A stretch of DNA of 64,000 nucleotides. Source: Fibrobacteria bacterium (GTDB lineage: Bacteria > Fibrobacterota > Fibrobacteria > UBA11236 > JADFYW01). The DNA is taken from contig JBNKOC010000004.1 in NCBI GenBank assembly GCA_050294405.1, positions 32,001 to 96,000 on the forward strand, read 5' to 3'. Every line of letters begins with the position of its first letter. Within the stretch, counting starts at the first letter, position 1. The notes below the pieces were generated by a model, which saw only the letters and a list, made by a program, of their open reading frames with translations, made no database searches and was not told where the DNA came from. Both the position numbers and the translations under genes were made by a program. This document shows positions 28,270 to 38,565 of this stretch, one piece after another.

Positions 28270-29541
28270 ATGATTAAGTTCTGCTTAATTGGTGCTATAG
28301 TATTTGGTTCTCTTCCAATTTTTGGAAGTCAGCCCACACATGCGGTTAAATCGGCAATTATTGTAAGTTCCGAAAACCCAAAGCTAGATGGCCAGTTGTT
28401 CCATCCAAAGCTCAGCCCTCACAATGTAGATCACCTGGTTTTTGTGCGGCAGGAAAAAGACGACCGCCAATTGTGGTTCATGGACATAAAAACCAAGGAG
28501 CTAAAACAAATCACTCCAGTTAAAAAATCCAATAGCATTGAGGACTTTGAAGATTCTGAAGAAATGAATTTCTTTCAGGCTTATGCGGATCAGTTGGAGT
28601 GGTGCCCTGTTTTACACGATGGCAAAGAATATGTAGCCTATGTTAGCTCAGGCACAGGCAACAATTTGGATGTATACATCCATGAAATCGGTTCTGATGT
28701 GCACACTCGTGTAACTTCTCACCCCGAAGTGGACGAATCTCCCCGTTGGTCCCCCGATGGCAAAAAATTGGTTTTTGTATCCGCAAGATCAGGTAATGGA
28801 GACCTCTATATCATTGAGGACATTGAAGATTACCTTGGAGAAAAACAAACTAAAGAAAACCCAAAGGATTTAATCCAACTAACCAAAAATAAAAATGAAG
28901 ATATGCTTCCTGCTTTTTCCCCTGATGGCCGTTACTTAGCCTATACCGTTCGCACCATGGGTAAAAAGAAAAGAGGGCCTTATACTATTGCCTTAATGGA
29001 TTTCAAAAACAATCGCAAAATCAGCCTCTTTAACAATAGGATTGTAAACTCAAAAAGCCATCCAAGCTGGTCCTTTGACGGTCATTTTGTGGCTTATCAA
29101 ATTTCCAATGATTTAAAGGACCGAGCTGTGGATATTGGAGTCATGCAATTAAAAATCGATCCTATGGGACGGTTAATTGAATTGACAGATTTAATTGGAA
29201 ACACGCCAAAGATTGCAGAGAATGTATACCCCAATAGTTACCGAGGCCCCACCTGGTTACCTGGTTCCAGAGCCTTGATATATGCCAAAAGAGAATCCAG
29301 CCGATTAAACCCCTTAGAGGTTGTCAACCTGGAACAATGGTTATACAATCAAAACTATGAAAGGGTTACCATTAATACCACTTCAAATATTCACAGAGAT
29401 GTGGACTGTTTACCCAACCACCCTATCGTGGTTTTTGCCGGACAGGAAGGACTTACCTTTAACATCTTCGGATCTCTTTTAGATGGAACCGATATTAAAA
29501 TAAAGGGGACAAACCCCAGTAATTATGCATTGTTTAAATAA
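28270..29541 (+). CDS. Periplasmic TolB-like PD40 beta-propeller protein
   Basis: Signal peptide; PRWSPDGKKLVFVS.RSGN.DLY, PAFSPDGRYLAY and PSWSFDG repeats. Confidence 0.85.
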   Translation: MIKFCLIGAIVFGSLPIFGSQPTHAVKSAIIVSSENPKLDGQLFHPKLSPHNVDHLVFVRQEKDDRQLWFMDIKTKELKQITPVKKSNSIEDFEDSEEMNFFQAYADQLEWCPVLHDGKEYVAYVSSGTGNNLDVYIHEIGSDVHTRVTSHPEVDESPRWSPDGKKLVFVSARSGNGDLYIIEDIEDYLGEKQTKENPKDLIQLTKNKNEDMLPAFSPDGRYLAYTVRTMGKKKRGPYTIALMDFKNNRKISLFNNRIVNSKSHPSWSFDGHFVAYQISNDLKDRAVDIGVMQLKIDPMGRLIELTDLIGNTPKIAENVYPNSYRGPTWLPGSRALIYAKRESSRLNPLEVVNLEQWLYNQNYERVTINTTSNIHRDVDCLPNHPIVVFAGQEGLTFNIFGSLLDGTDIKIKGTNPSNYALFK

Positions 29542-30943
29542 AATAACATTAAGCCTTTGTTGCTCATTAGGATTGGCCGCCACCTGTTTTGCCGATCCCC
29601 TTAGCAAGTTAAAATCACACCACTACCTGGAAGCCATTCAGGAGTGGGAGCCTCAGGCCAGCTCCGCAGCACAAAATGCAGAAAAGCTAAAAGCTTTAAA
29701 AGGCCAGGCCATTGCTTACAAGAGCTTAGGCGATCTTTATTTAACTATGCAAAAACTCTCCTTGGAATTAATTGAAGAGTACTACAATGCTATTGCCGAG
29801 AACCACAGCTCCCCTACTTTAATGATGTATAGGGGCCAATTGGAATTTTACAAAGGCAATTACCACATGGCCATTAAACTCATGGAAAAGGTTATTCGCA
29901 CAAAAGGGGTCCCTGGGGAAATTGTGGATTACGCCAAAGTTTACCGTCACTATTCCCTGAACAAGATTCACAATAAAAAGGGACAGTTTATTTTAAACTC
30001 CAAATATGTTGATGTAAAATGGCAAATGTATGAGTTAGACGAAGATCAATCCATTCCTGCTGGAATGATGACTCCCAGTATCAGAAGCCACCGCAATCGT
30101 TTAAGAATGTTAATGCGCAGCAACAATGTTTCCGAAAAAGAAATAATGGTTAGCCTGAAACCTATTTTAGATTCGGAAGATCAGGCAGAGGTTAGCCTTG
30201 AAAAGGGAAAGTTAACCCAAATTAATTTTTACGATCCCATATTAATTCAAACTGTAGGTGAAACTTTTCATTACATCAGCCGGCTAAAATATCTGGAAAT
30301 AAAAAAGTTTGAAAACAAATATCCAAATCTGGCAGAAAAATTTAATACCGATTACAGCATGGCCTACTCCAGTTACAAAGTCGGGAAATACAAAGAAGCC
30401 GAAAGATTGATTTCCAGTGAAAGCTCAACTGAAGCTCAAATCCTGCATGCAAGAGTACAAGCCGGTTTAGGTAATAAAGCCGAGGCCCGAAAAATTTTAG
30501 CCAGCCTGGAAAAAAAGGTTAAAGAACCCGATGAAATGAGAGACTTGGGTATCGCTTATTTAGAATTGGGCATCAGCCAAAAAAACGCTTTAGAATTCAC
30601 TAAAACGGCTTTGGCGAAAAAGAAATCTTCTTCCTACTACAAAGATTACGCCCGGGTCCTCATATCCATTGGTAAAAACCAGGATGCTCTGGACAATTAT
30701 TCAAAAGGCTATAAAATCCAGTATCGCAACAACATCGAACAAAACGATCCGGAATATATGATTGAATATGCTACAGCCATTTTTAAATTGAGCAAGATGA
30801 GATTTGAAGAAGTGGTTGAAACCATGTATCACATTCAAAAGGTATTTCCAGTTACTCGTTTAATGCATTACTGCATGCAAGGTATTGCAGCTGCCAATAC
30901 AAATACTTTTAACAGCGAAAAAATCTTTAGAAAAGGTGGCTGA
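29525..30943 (+). CDS. Exported TPR-repeat protein
   Basis: Signal peptide; TPR-like helical pairs; overlaps the upstream gene by 17 nt. Confidence 0.7.
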   Translation: MHCLNKITLSLCCSLGLAATCFADPLSKLKSHHYLEAIQEWEPQASSAAQNAEKLKALKGQAIAYKSLGDLYLTMQKLSLELIEEYYNAIAENHSSPTLMMYRGQLEFYKGNYHMAIKLMEKVIRTKGVPGEIVDYAKVYRHYSLNKIHNKKGQFILNSKYVDVKWQMYELDEDQSIPAGMMTPSIRSHRNRLRMLMRSNNVSEKEIMVSLKPILDSEDQAEVSLEKGKLTQINFYDPILIQTVGETFHYISRLKYLEIKKFENKYPNLAEKFNTDYSMAYSSYKVGKYKEAERLISSESSTEAQILHARVQAGLGNKAEARKILASLEKKVKEPDEMRDLGIAYLELGISQKNALEFTKTALAKKKSSSYYKDYARVLISIGKNQDALDNYSKGYKIQYRNNIEQNDPEYMIEYATAIFKLSKMRFEEVVETMYHIQKVFPVTRLMHYCMQGIAAANTNTFNSEKIFRKGG

Positions 30944-30999
30944 ATATATTTCGGAGCAAGAATATGATTAAAAAATCTTCTACAACAAAAGGCGAAAAA

Positions 31000-32601
31000 A
31001 TGGTTAAAAATTTGGGACGTTTTACAGCGCTTGCCGCATTAGGTTTATTGTCGCTGACAGGTCCGCTTGCCGCTCAACAGGCAAATCAAGGTGGCGAAAT
31101 CACCTATGCGGAACTTATTCTTCCAGATACATACAATCCTCTTTCCACCACCGATAATGAAACTTCTCTGAGACTTTCCGAGTTAATCTTTGAATCGCTG
31201 GTTTATATCGACCACCGGGGCGATGTTAAAGGAAGGTTGGCAGAAAAATGGAAAGTTTTCAATGGAAACAAACGCATTGTATTCACACTGCGCAAAAACA
31301 TCAAATGGCACGACGGAACCCCATTTACTGCCGAAGATGTAAAGTTCACTTTTGACGCTATTGTAAACCCACTTTCCGATATTCCCCGGGAAAGAAAAAA
31401 AGCTCTGGAAGTGGTAAAGTCCGTTAAAGTAATGAGTAATAACGTTATAAAATTTGATTTTGCCAATAGCGTGCCAGAACCAGAAAAACGCTTTCTATTT
31501 AAAATATTGCCTCAGCACGTATTTAAAAAGCCTGTCATTTCCAAAATGACCAAATTCGCTAAAACCCCGGTTGGCACTGGATATTTCCAGTTCGTAAGAG
31601 AAACCAAAAATAAAGATGTTATTCTAAAAGCTTTTAACGATCACTATCTAGGCGGCCCTAACATCCAGCAAATCACCATGCGCTACCAACCAGAAGTTTC
31701 TCTATTGGTTCAATCCTTAATATTAAACGCCATAGATTTGATGATTGAGGTTCCCCCTCAAAAGATCACAGAGATTGCAAATACCGGAAAATTTTCCATT
31801 TTACCTTATAACTCCCTAACATTTGCCTTTTTTGGTTATAATTTTGATAATCCTGTGCTTAGGATAAAAGAAGTTCGCCAAGCCATGACATTCGCTTTAG
31901 ATCGGCAAAAAATGCTTGACGATATATATTTTAGCAGAGGTGAAGTCATATCAGGCCCCTTCTCTCCTGCTTCGTGGGGTTACAACCCTGATGTGGAGCC
32001 TCGAGGATATAACCTGCAGAAAGCCAAAGACCTTTTAAAATCTGCAGGCCTTAGGGATTCTGACGGAGATGGCATTGTGGAATACAAAGGAAAGCCTGTT
32101 AAACTCATTTTAAAAATTCCTTTATATAGCGGAAACGAAGGTGGCCTGTCAGTATGCTTGCGCTTTCAGAACCATTTGAAATCCATTGGAATAGATGTCA
32201 AACTTGAGCACCGGGAAATTGTAAAATGGAAAGAAGAAGTTAAAGAAAATCACGATTTTGACATTGTGTTTGCCGAATGGCTATTCGACAACTCTTCCAA
32301 TATTTATTCCCTATTCCATTCCAGTGAGAATGGGAAAACCGGTGATAACTTTATTTCTTACAAGAGCGCAAAAGTAGATAGCCTTTTGCAAGTATTCTCA
32401 AACACTATTAATCAGGAAGTTCGCCGCAGAATCAACTATGAACTCCATAGAATTTTAAACGACGATCTGCCTTATACATTTTTGTGGACATTGGAAAAAA
32501 ATGCCGCTATCGATCATAAGGTCAAAAAGTTTATTGTTCAACCCTACAGATTCTTTACCTTCGCAAACGAATGGTATATTCCTAAAAACGAGAGGGATTA
32601 A
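31000..32601 (+). CDS. ABC transporter substrate-binding protein, family 5 (OppA/DppA-like)
   Basis: LAEKW, LRKNIKWHDGTPFTAEDVKFT, PVGTG.F, VRQAM..ALDR; no lipobox, so probably soluble periplasmic. Confidence 0.93.
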   Translation: MVKNLGRFTALAALGLLSLTGPLAAQQANQGGEITYAELILPDTYNPLSTTDNETSLRLSELIFESLVYIDHRGDVKGRLAEKWKVFNGNKRIVFTLRKNIKWHDGTPFTAEDVKFTFDAIVNPLSDIPRERKKALEVVKSVKVMSNNVIKFDFANSVPEPEKRFLFKILPQHVFKKPVISKMTKFAKTPVGTGYFQFVRETKNKDVILKAFNDHYLGGPNIQQITMRYQPEVSLLVQSLILNAIDLMIEVPPQKITEIANTGKFSILPYNSLTFAFFGYNFDNPVLRIKEVRQAMTFALDRQKMLDDIYFSRGEVISGPFSPASWGYNPDVEPRGYNLQKAKDLLKSAGLRDSDGDGIVEYKGKPVKLILKIPLYSGNEGGLSVCLRFQNHLKSIGIDVKLEHREIVKWKEEVKENHDFDIVFAEWLFDNSSNIYSLFHSSENGKTGDNFISYKSAKVDSLLQVFSNTINQEVRRRINYELHRILNDDLPYTFLWTLEKNAAIDHKVKKFIVQPYRFFTFANEWYIPKNERD

Positions 32602-32603
32602 TT

Positions 32604-33014
32604 ATGAAAGGAATTCTAACCAGTGCCATCGCAATTACAGCAAGCGTGCTGTTTGTGGGCTGCGGCCCCAGTCTAAAAGGAATGGTGGTGCTTCCAGATG
32701 GCTCAAAACTTAATGGTCTTAAGGTGGTGGTGTATACCCAACCCTGGACTGATTCCGTGCCCGCAAAAGACGATGGAAGTTTTTCAATAGGGAAAAATAT
32801 AAACCCTGAAACAGAATACACCTTAATTGCGGAAGACAAAGACGGCAATATGGGTTTTGTTAAAAATTATAAGCCCTCTGAAAAAAAGAAAGATGAAAAA
32901 ATCGTTATTAAACTTTCAAAAGAAATTGAAGCTAAAGAAGCTGTAATCGAAGGCGATTTATATATAAACCAGGACTCGGGGCCCGGGGAGAAAATCTTCA
33001 AGTCCTCCCAATGA
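32604..33014 (+). CDS. Small lipoprotein, beta-sandwich (carboxypeptidase regulatory-like)
   Basis: Lipobox FVGC; G.V..PDG...G..V...DGSFSI pattern. Confidence 0.7.
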   Translation: MKGILTSAIAITASVLFVGCGPSLKGMVVLPDGSKLNGLKVVVYTQPWTDSVPAKDDGSFSIGKNINPETEYTLIAEDKDGNMGFVKNYKPSEKKKDEKIVIKLSKEIEAKEAVIEGDLYINQDSGPGEKIFKSSQ

Positions 33015-33045
33015 TTCACATTTAAAATCAATTTAGACATGCTAT

Positions 33046-33077
33046 ATCCCGGAAGAGACTTTCCGGGATTTTATTTT
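33046..33077 (+). terminator. Intra-operon hairpin/terminator between the periplasmic genes and the permeases
   Basis: ATCCCGGAA-GAGACT-TTCCGGGAT followed by TTTATTTT. Confidence 0.75.
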
Positions 33078-33108
33078 AAAACGCTCCCCGTAAATTTATT
33101 TTGATGCC

Positions 33109-34038
33109 ATGATAAAAAACAAAGGCCTGCTCGTATTTATCTCACATAAACTGCTGCAATTGGTGCTTTCCATAATTGGTGCGAGCCTTCTCATATTTTT
33201 TATTGTTCAATTGACTCCTGGAAACATTGCAGAAATTCATAGTCTCAGCCAAAACACAGCCGGGCAATTCCACTTAAATGATCCTATTTTAGTTCAATAT
33301 TTCCATTGGTTCCTGGGGTGCTTAAAATTTGATTTCAGCGTTTCCCTTTTGGATGGAACTCCAGTTTCCAGCCTAGTAGCCGATTATGCAGGCACTTCCC
33401 TTATATTAACCATAGGTTCCTTGTTTATTACCATTAGCCTTGCTATTCCCCTATCAATTATTCTGGTCTTTAACGAAGACAGCAGGTGGACTAAATTATT
33501 AAGCACCGCAGTTTACAGCTTTTCTTCTATTCCCGTTTTCGTAGTTGGATATATCGCCTTGGCCATTGTATTCGGAGTTTTTGAATTTTACCCGCTTAAT
33601 GTTCCCAGTGGAGAATTTGCGCTTTGGCCCTGGATGGCTTATTATGTTATGCCTCTATTTGTATTAGCAATGGGAAATGGGACTCTGGGAGAATTCGTAA
33701 GGGTCATTTCGCTGGAAATAAAAACCGTGAATCAGTCTCTTTATATAAAAGCAGCCAGAAGTCGCGGAGCGTTTTTACTGCTCCATTTCATAAAGCCAGT
33801 TATTATCCCTTTCTTAAGTGTTATTATATCCAGGTTCGCCGTTTTAATTGGCGGCGTGATTGTAGTGGAACGAATTTTTAATAGACGCGGAATAGGATGG
33901 TTAACATGGGAAGCCACTTTAAACAGGGATTTCTATGTTATCATGTCCGTCACCCTGTTACTTTCAATTTTAATAAGGCTATTAATGTTTTTGCACGAAA
34001 TGTTAAGCTACACTTTGGACCCGAGGCTTAGAAAGTAA
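33109..34038 (+). CDS. ABC transporter permease (OppB/DppB-like)
   Basis: QYFHW...DF..SL, SIPVF, YIKAARSRG (EAA loop), VERIF..GIG and LDPRLR motifs. Confidence 0.93.
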   Translation: MIKNKGLLVFISHKLLQLVLSIIGASLLIFFIVQLTPGNIAEIHSLSQNTAGQFHLNDPILVQYFHWFLGCLKFDFSVSLLDGTPVSSLVADYAGTSLILTIGSLFITISLAIPLSIILVFNEDSRWTKLLSTAVYSFSSIPVFVVGYIALAIVFGVFEFYPLNVPSGEFALWPWMAYYVMPLFVLAMGNGTLGEFVRVISLEIKTVNQSLYIKAARSRGAFLLLHFIKPVIIPFLSVIISRFAVLIGGVIVVERIFNRRGIGWLTWEATLNRDFYVIMSVTLLLSILIRLLMFLHEMLSYTLDPRLRK

Positions 34039-34039
34039 A

Positions 34040-35104
34040 ATGCGCATTTGGCAGTACTTAAAAGAACCGGGTTCTATTAGAATTCTGATTGGCTCTATTA
34101 ATGTCGGCCTGCTTTTAATATTTGCTTTTTTTGGTTCCTTTCTTAGCCCCTATCAGGCAAATGAAATGGATACCGAAGCGATTATGGCCCCTCCTTCTAT
34201 AAATTGGCTAAAGAGTTTTTTAGTCACAGATAAGGCGTTAAATAACTTAGGACTAAACAAACCTAAAGATGCCGGAGGAGGCGAAGACAATGGAGAATTG
34301 GATTACCTATCTGCAGAATCAAGTTCTGATGAAGAAAGCTTTTACGAAGATGACCTTTCCTTCTTAGAATCTGAAGAGGAAGATAAAGCCAAGGCGCAAA
34401 TTGAGGAAGGCAGCCAAAAAAAATCAATTCACTACTTTGGCACAGATAAAGATGGCAGAGATATATTGGCACTCTTAATTGCCGGGTCAAAAACATGCAT
34501 TATCCCTGGTCTGTTAGCATGCCTAATTTCTCTGGGGCTTGGAATTCCCATGGGGATCATGGGTGGATATTACGGGGGACTCTGGGCCGAAGCCGTAAAA
34601 ATGTACAACGGCATAATACTTTCATTTCCCCGCTTTGTTTTAATTCTAATTGTAATTTGCGCCTTGGAGCCAAATGTATATTACACCATGATTGTCTTAG
34701 GGCTTACCATTGCCCCTAGAATATCAGAATTAATGCGTACCCGCGTCGCTAGCCTTTCCCGCCAGGGTTTTATTTTAGCGGCAAAAGAAAGCGGTCTTTC
34801 TGATTTTAAAATAATGGTACGGCATCTTTTCTGGTACCAAAACCGAACCTTATTTTTTATACAAGCTTCGCTGGTGATGGCAGAGTCCATACTAATCGAA
34901 ACAACATTAAGCTACCTGCAATTTGGAACCAAGCCGCCTGATGTTTCCTGGGGCAATATTATTGAGGGAAGCCGCATGTCTTTTTTTAGCGAATACTACT
35001 GGATTACGTTTTTCCCTGCAGTGGCTATTGTCGTGTCTATTTTAGGTTTCTATTACCTGGGCGATGGCCTCAATGCAAGGCGGGAGTACCATGAGCAACG
35101 ATAA
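34040..35104 (+). CDS. ABC transporter permease (OppC/DppC-like) with acidic periplasmic insert
   Basis: HYFGTDKDGRD, FILAAKESG (EAA loop), E..LSYL..G...P..SWG and LGDGL motifs. Confidence 0.93.
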   Translation: MRIWQYLKEPGSIRILIGSINVGLLLIFAFFGSFLSPYQANEMDTEAIMAPPSINWLKSFLVTDKALNNLGLNKPKDAGGGEDNGELDYLSAESSSDEESFYEDDLSFLESEEEDKAKAQIEEGSQKKSIHYFGTDKDGRDILALLIAGSKTCIIPGLLACLISLGLGIPMGIMGGYYGGLWAEAVKMYNGIILSFPRFVLILIVICALEPNVYYTMIVLGLTIAPRISELMRTRVASLSRQGFILAAKESGLSDFKIMVRHLFWYQNRTLFFIQASLVMAESILIETTLSYLQFGTKPPDVSWGNIIEGSRMSFFSEYYWITFFPAVAIVVSILGFYYLGDGLNARREYHEQR

Positions 35105-35972
35105 ACAACCCTTGCTTGAAATATCGGATTTGCAGGTAAAATTTGGCCAGAGTGGGAACTATTTTACAGCCGTAGAAAAACTGAGCCTTAAAGTTTATGA
35201 GGGAGAAATAATTGGACTCATTGGAGAATCGGGAAGCGGAAAAACCACTTCTGCGCAGTCTGTTTTAGGACTCACATCGGGCTGGCCTGGAATCATATCT
35301 GGGAAGGCTCAATTTCTGGGAAGGAACATATTGCCCAATACCACTGATTATGTCCAGCATAAAGACAAAAAAATTAACAAACGCAAATCTTATTTGAGAG
35401 AGCATCGAAAACTACTTAAAAATATTTTAGGCAAGCAGGTGGCATCCATATTCCAGGAGCCAAAATCCGCTTTAAATCCATTTATGAGTATTGGCAGCCA
35501 TTTAAAAGAATGTATGTCACAAAAAGGTAAACATGGTCTGGAAGCCAAAAAAGAAGGTCTTAATCTTCTAACTAAAGTTGGCATTGTCGATTCCCACGAA
35601 GTTTGGAATTTATTTCCCCATCAATTGAGCGGAGGCATGGCCCAAAGAGTGATGATAGCTATGGCTCTTAGCAGCTCTCCAAAATTAATAATCGCCGATG
35701 AGCCCACAACTGCTTTGGATGTGACAACACAGGCAAAGCTTCTGGATTTGTTTTTGCGCCTAAAAACCCAAAACAATTTAAGTTTTATAATTATTTCCCA
35801 TGATATTGGCGTAATTCGTGAAATCACGGACCGGGTTTATGTTATGTACCAGGGAAACATCGTAGAATCAGGAAAGACTATTGATGTTATTTACGAACCC
35901 AAGCACGACTATACCAAACACTTGCTCAAATCTTTTTACCAGTTGTCCGACAGCAATTTAACTTCTATCTAG
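35091..35972 (+). CDS. ABC transporter ATPase (OppD/DppD-like)
   Basis: GESGSGKT, IFQEP, LSGGMAQR, IADEPTTALD; GGAG RBS before ATG 35091. Confidence 0.95.
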   Translation: MSNDKQPLLEISDLQVKFGQSGNYFTAVEKLSLKVYEGEIIGLIGESGSGKTTSAQSVLGLTSGWPGIISGKAQFLGRNILPNTTDYVQHKDKKINKRKSYLREHRKLLKNILGKQVASIFQEPKSALNPFMSIGSHLKECMSQKGKHGLEAKKEGLNLLTKVGIVDSHEVWNLFPHQLSGGMAQRVMIAMALSSSPKLIIADEPTTALDVTTQAKLLDLFLRLKTQNNLSFIIISHDIGVIREITDRVYVMYQGNIVESGKTIDVIYEPKHDYTKHLLKSFYQLSDSNLTSI

Positions 35973-35983
35973 GATAAACACAA

Positions 35984-36967
35984 TTGGCACTGATTGAAGT
36001 CAAAAACATCAACAAACAGTTTCAGGTAAGCGGAAAATCATTTTATGCCGTTAAAAATGTGAGCTTTTCCATTGAAGAGGGGCAAACATTTGGTTTAGTG
36101 GGAGAAAGCGGATGCGGCAAATCCACAATAGCTCTTTCCGCCATGGCTTTGCAGAGCATTGATTCAGGTGAAATAATCATTGAAGGCAAAAATATTTTTC
36201 AATTGTCTAAGGAAGAATTGCGAAAAATGCGTCCTAGATTCCGCATGTTGTTCCAAAACCCCGAATCTGTTTTAAATCCTGGAATGACTTTTAAACAGGT
36301 TTTGCTGGAAGAATTGGAAAAACTTCCAGACTTAGACAAAAACGGAAGACTGAAATTAATTGGAGAAACCATTGAGCAAGTCGGCCTCAAAGAATTACAT
36401 CTGGAAAGATATCCCAGCGGGTTAAGCACAGGTGAAAAACAAAGAGCTGCCATTGCCAAAGCCATTATTACCAGGCCAAAGTTTTTATTATGCGATGAAC
36501 CTGTGGCTAGTTTGGATTTATCCTTAAAAACTGTCATTATTGATTTGCTCATGAAGCTTCAAAAAGAATTGAACCTCAGCTACTTATATATTTCCCATAA
36601 CCTGAGTTTAGTAAAAACTATTGCCCATAAAATTGGCGTAATGTATATGGGATATTTAGTAGAGGTGGCTCCGGCCTCTGAATTTGATGTTAAGCAATTG
36701 CGGCATCCTTATTCACGTTTACTATTAGCCTCGGTACCCAGCTTAAACCCCCAACAATATGCGCCCATTCTAAGAAAATACCCGGACATTGATCCTACCA
36801 GATTCCCCACTGGTTGCCCCTTTAGGAACAGGTGTCCACATTACCTGGAAAATAAGGAAGAAATTTGCGAGAAGGAATTTCCAAATTTAGAGGAAAGCAA
36901 ACCCGGCCATAAACTTGCCTGCCATTTTCCTTTGGAGCCTAAAAAGCAGTTTAATCCTTTACCATAA
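35984..36967 (+). CDS. ABC transporter ATPase (OppF/DppF-like)
   Basis: GESGCGKS, LSTGEKQR, DEPVASLD, HPYS; C-terminal GCPF..RCP..C..ACH. Confidence 0.95.
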   Translation: MALIEVKNINKQFQVSGKSFYAVKNVSFSIEEGQTFGLVGESGCGKSTIALSAMALQSIDSGEIIIEGKNIFQLSKEELRKMRPRFRMLFQNPESVLNPGMTFKQVLLEELEKLPDLDKNGRLKLIGETIEQVGLKELHLERYPSGLSTGEKQRAAIAKAIITRPKFLLCDEPVASLDLSLKTVIIDLLMKLQKELNLSYLYISHNLSLVKTIAHKIGVMYMGYLVEVAPASEFDVKQLRHPYSRLLLASVPSLNPQQYAPILRKYPDIDPTRFPTGCPFRNRCPHYLENKEEICEKEFPNLEESKPGHKLACHFPLEPKKQFNPLP

Positions 36968-37718
36968 TCTTGGAAACTTTCTGAAACAATTTGAAGTTTG
37001 TCGCCAGGGCGCTTCTATCCTTAATAAAATCCCCTCCCTGTAAGGAGCTAAACATACCACCTGCCTCGGGAATAATCACAGCCATAGGGGCTAAATCCCA
37101 AATTTCTGCAATGGAGTCCACCATAACTTCAGCTCGTCCGGAAGCTACCAGAAAATAACCATAGGCATCTCCCCATCCCCGGTGTAATTTGGCTTTGTTG
37201 CGTATAGTTTCCCATTGATGTTTGTACCCATGCCTTTCTAACGTAGTGATACTTGTATTGAGCACTGTTGCCTCTTCTATTTTACCAACATCAGATACCC
37301 GGCATGCTGTCCCATTAATATCGCAACCATGACCAATAGCCGCAGTCATCATTAAGTTTTGGGCAGGCAGGTTAATGAGGCCCAGCACTGGCTTTCCATT
37401 TTCCAATAAAGCAATCAGGGTTCCAAATAAGGGAACTCCATGTATAAAAGATTTAGTTCCATCAATAGGATCAATCACCCAGCAGCGTTTTTTTTCAAAT
37501 CCCGTGGTTCCGAACTCTTCCCCTACAATTCCATAATCAGGGGTTTCCCTATTTATTATTTCCCGAATTACTTCCTCGGCCTTTTTATCTGCAATAGTTA
37601 CCGGAGTATTATCGGGCTTCCATTCCACATTAAAATCGGATTGAAAGTGCTCCAATACCACTTTTTGGGAAGCTCGGGCCATTTCCTGGATTAATTTTAT
37701 TTCGCTATTGTACTCCAT
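36951..37718 (-). CDS. hisN: Histidinol-phosphatase, inositol monophosphatase family
   Basis: K.DNTPVT.AD, GEEFG, WVIDPIDGTKSF, RGWGDAYGY and WDLAP motifs. Confidence 0.8.
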   Translation of the reverse strand: MEYNSEIKLIQEMARASQKVVLEHFQSDFNVEWKPDNTPVTIADKKAEEVIREIINRETPDYGIVGEEFGTTGFEKKRCWVIDPIDGTKSFIHGVPLFGTLIALLENGKPVLGLINLPAQNLMMTAAIGHGCDINGTACRVSDVGKIEEATVLNTSITTLERHGYKHQWETIRNKAKLHRGWGDAYGYFLVASGRAEVMVDSIAEIWDLAPMAVIIPEAGGMFSSLQGGDFIKDRSALATNFKLFQKVSKIMVKD

Positions 37719-37766
37719 AATTTTGGAAATATAGTTAATCTTTATTAAATCCATTTATTAGAAACC

Positions 37767-38525
37767 ATGAAAGTATTTGCCTTATCCGATCCCCACCTGG
37801 CCTTTACCACTCCAAATAAGTCTATGGACATTTTTGGAGAAATTTGGATAGATCATCCCACAAAAATAAAACAAAACTGGATTCGTCATGTGGGTAAGGA
37901 TGATATTGTTATTGTTCCCGGAGATATTAGCTGGGCTACTAAATTTGAGCAGGCCTTAGCAGATTTACATTGGCTTCACAACCTGCCGGGACAAAAAATT
38001 TTGCTTCGTGGAAATCACGATTTGTGGTGGCACAAATTAAAAGCCATGGAAGAAAAATTGCCATCCAGCTTACATTTGGTTCAAAACAACCATGTCCAGT
38101 TAGGCCCCTTTGTCTTTTTTGGTTCCCGTTTATGGGACACTGAGGAATATTCTTTTGATGACATTATTTTGTGGGATTCTAAAAAAGGAAATTTGCCCTA
38201 TAAAAAAAAAGGCGAAGACTTAATTAATCAGGAAAAAATATACCATCGCGAATTAGAACGGCTAAAACTTTCCATTAACAGCCTACCGAAAGATTCGGAA
38301 TTAATACGTATTGGCCTTTGCCATTACCCCCCTTTACATCACAACCTTACAGAGTCGAAGGCCGGGAAATTATTTGAAACCGCTGGGGCAAAACACGTTG
38401 TATTTGGACATTTGCATTCGGTAAAAGAGCCTAATGTATATGGCTTGGCACGGGGCACAGAATATCACCTGACCTCATGTGATTTTATAAATTTTGTTCC
38501 GAAGTTGATTTGCGAATCAGAGTAA
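37767..38525 (+). CDS. Calcineurin-like metallophosphoesterase
   Basis: SDPHL, GDISWA, GNHDLWW, HYPP and FGHLH motifs. Confidence 0.9.
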   Translation: MKVFALSDPHLAFTTPNKSMDIFGEIWIDHPTKIKQNWIRHVGKDDIVIVPGDISWATKFEQALADLHWLHNLPGQKILLRGNHDLWWHKLKAMEEKLPSSLHLVQNNHVQLGPFVFFGSRLWDTEEYSFDDIILWDSKKGNLPYKKKGEDLINQEKIYHRELERLKLSINSLPKDSELIRIGLCHYPPLHHNLTESKAGKLFETAGAKHVVFGHLHSVKEPNVYGLARGTEYHLTSCDFINFVPKLICESE

Positions 38526-38565
38526 ATTGGCGGCACTCATACCAGGCCGCCAATCCATATATCTA

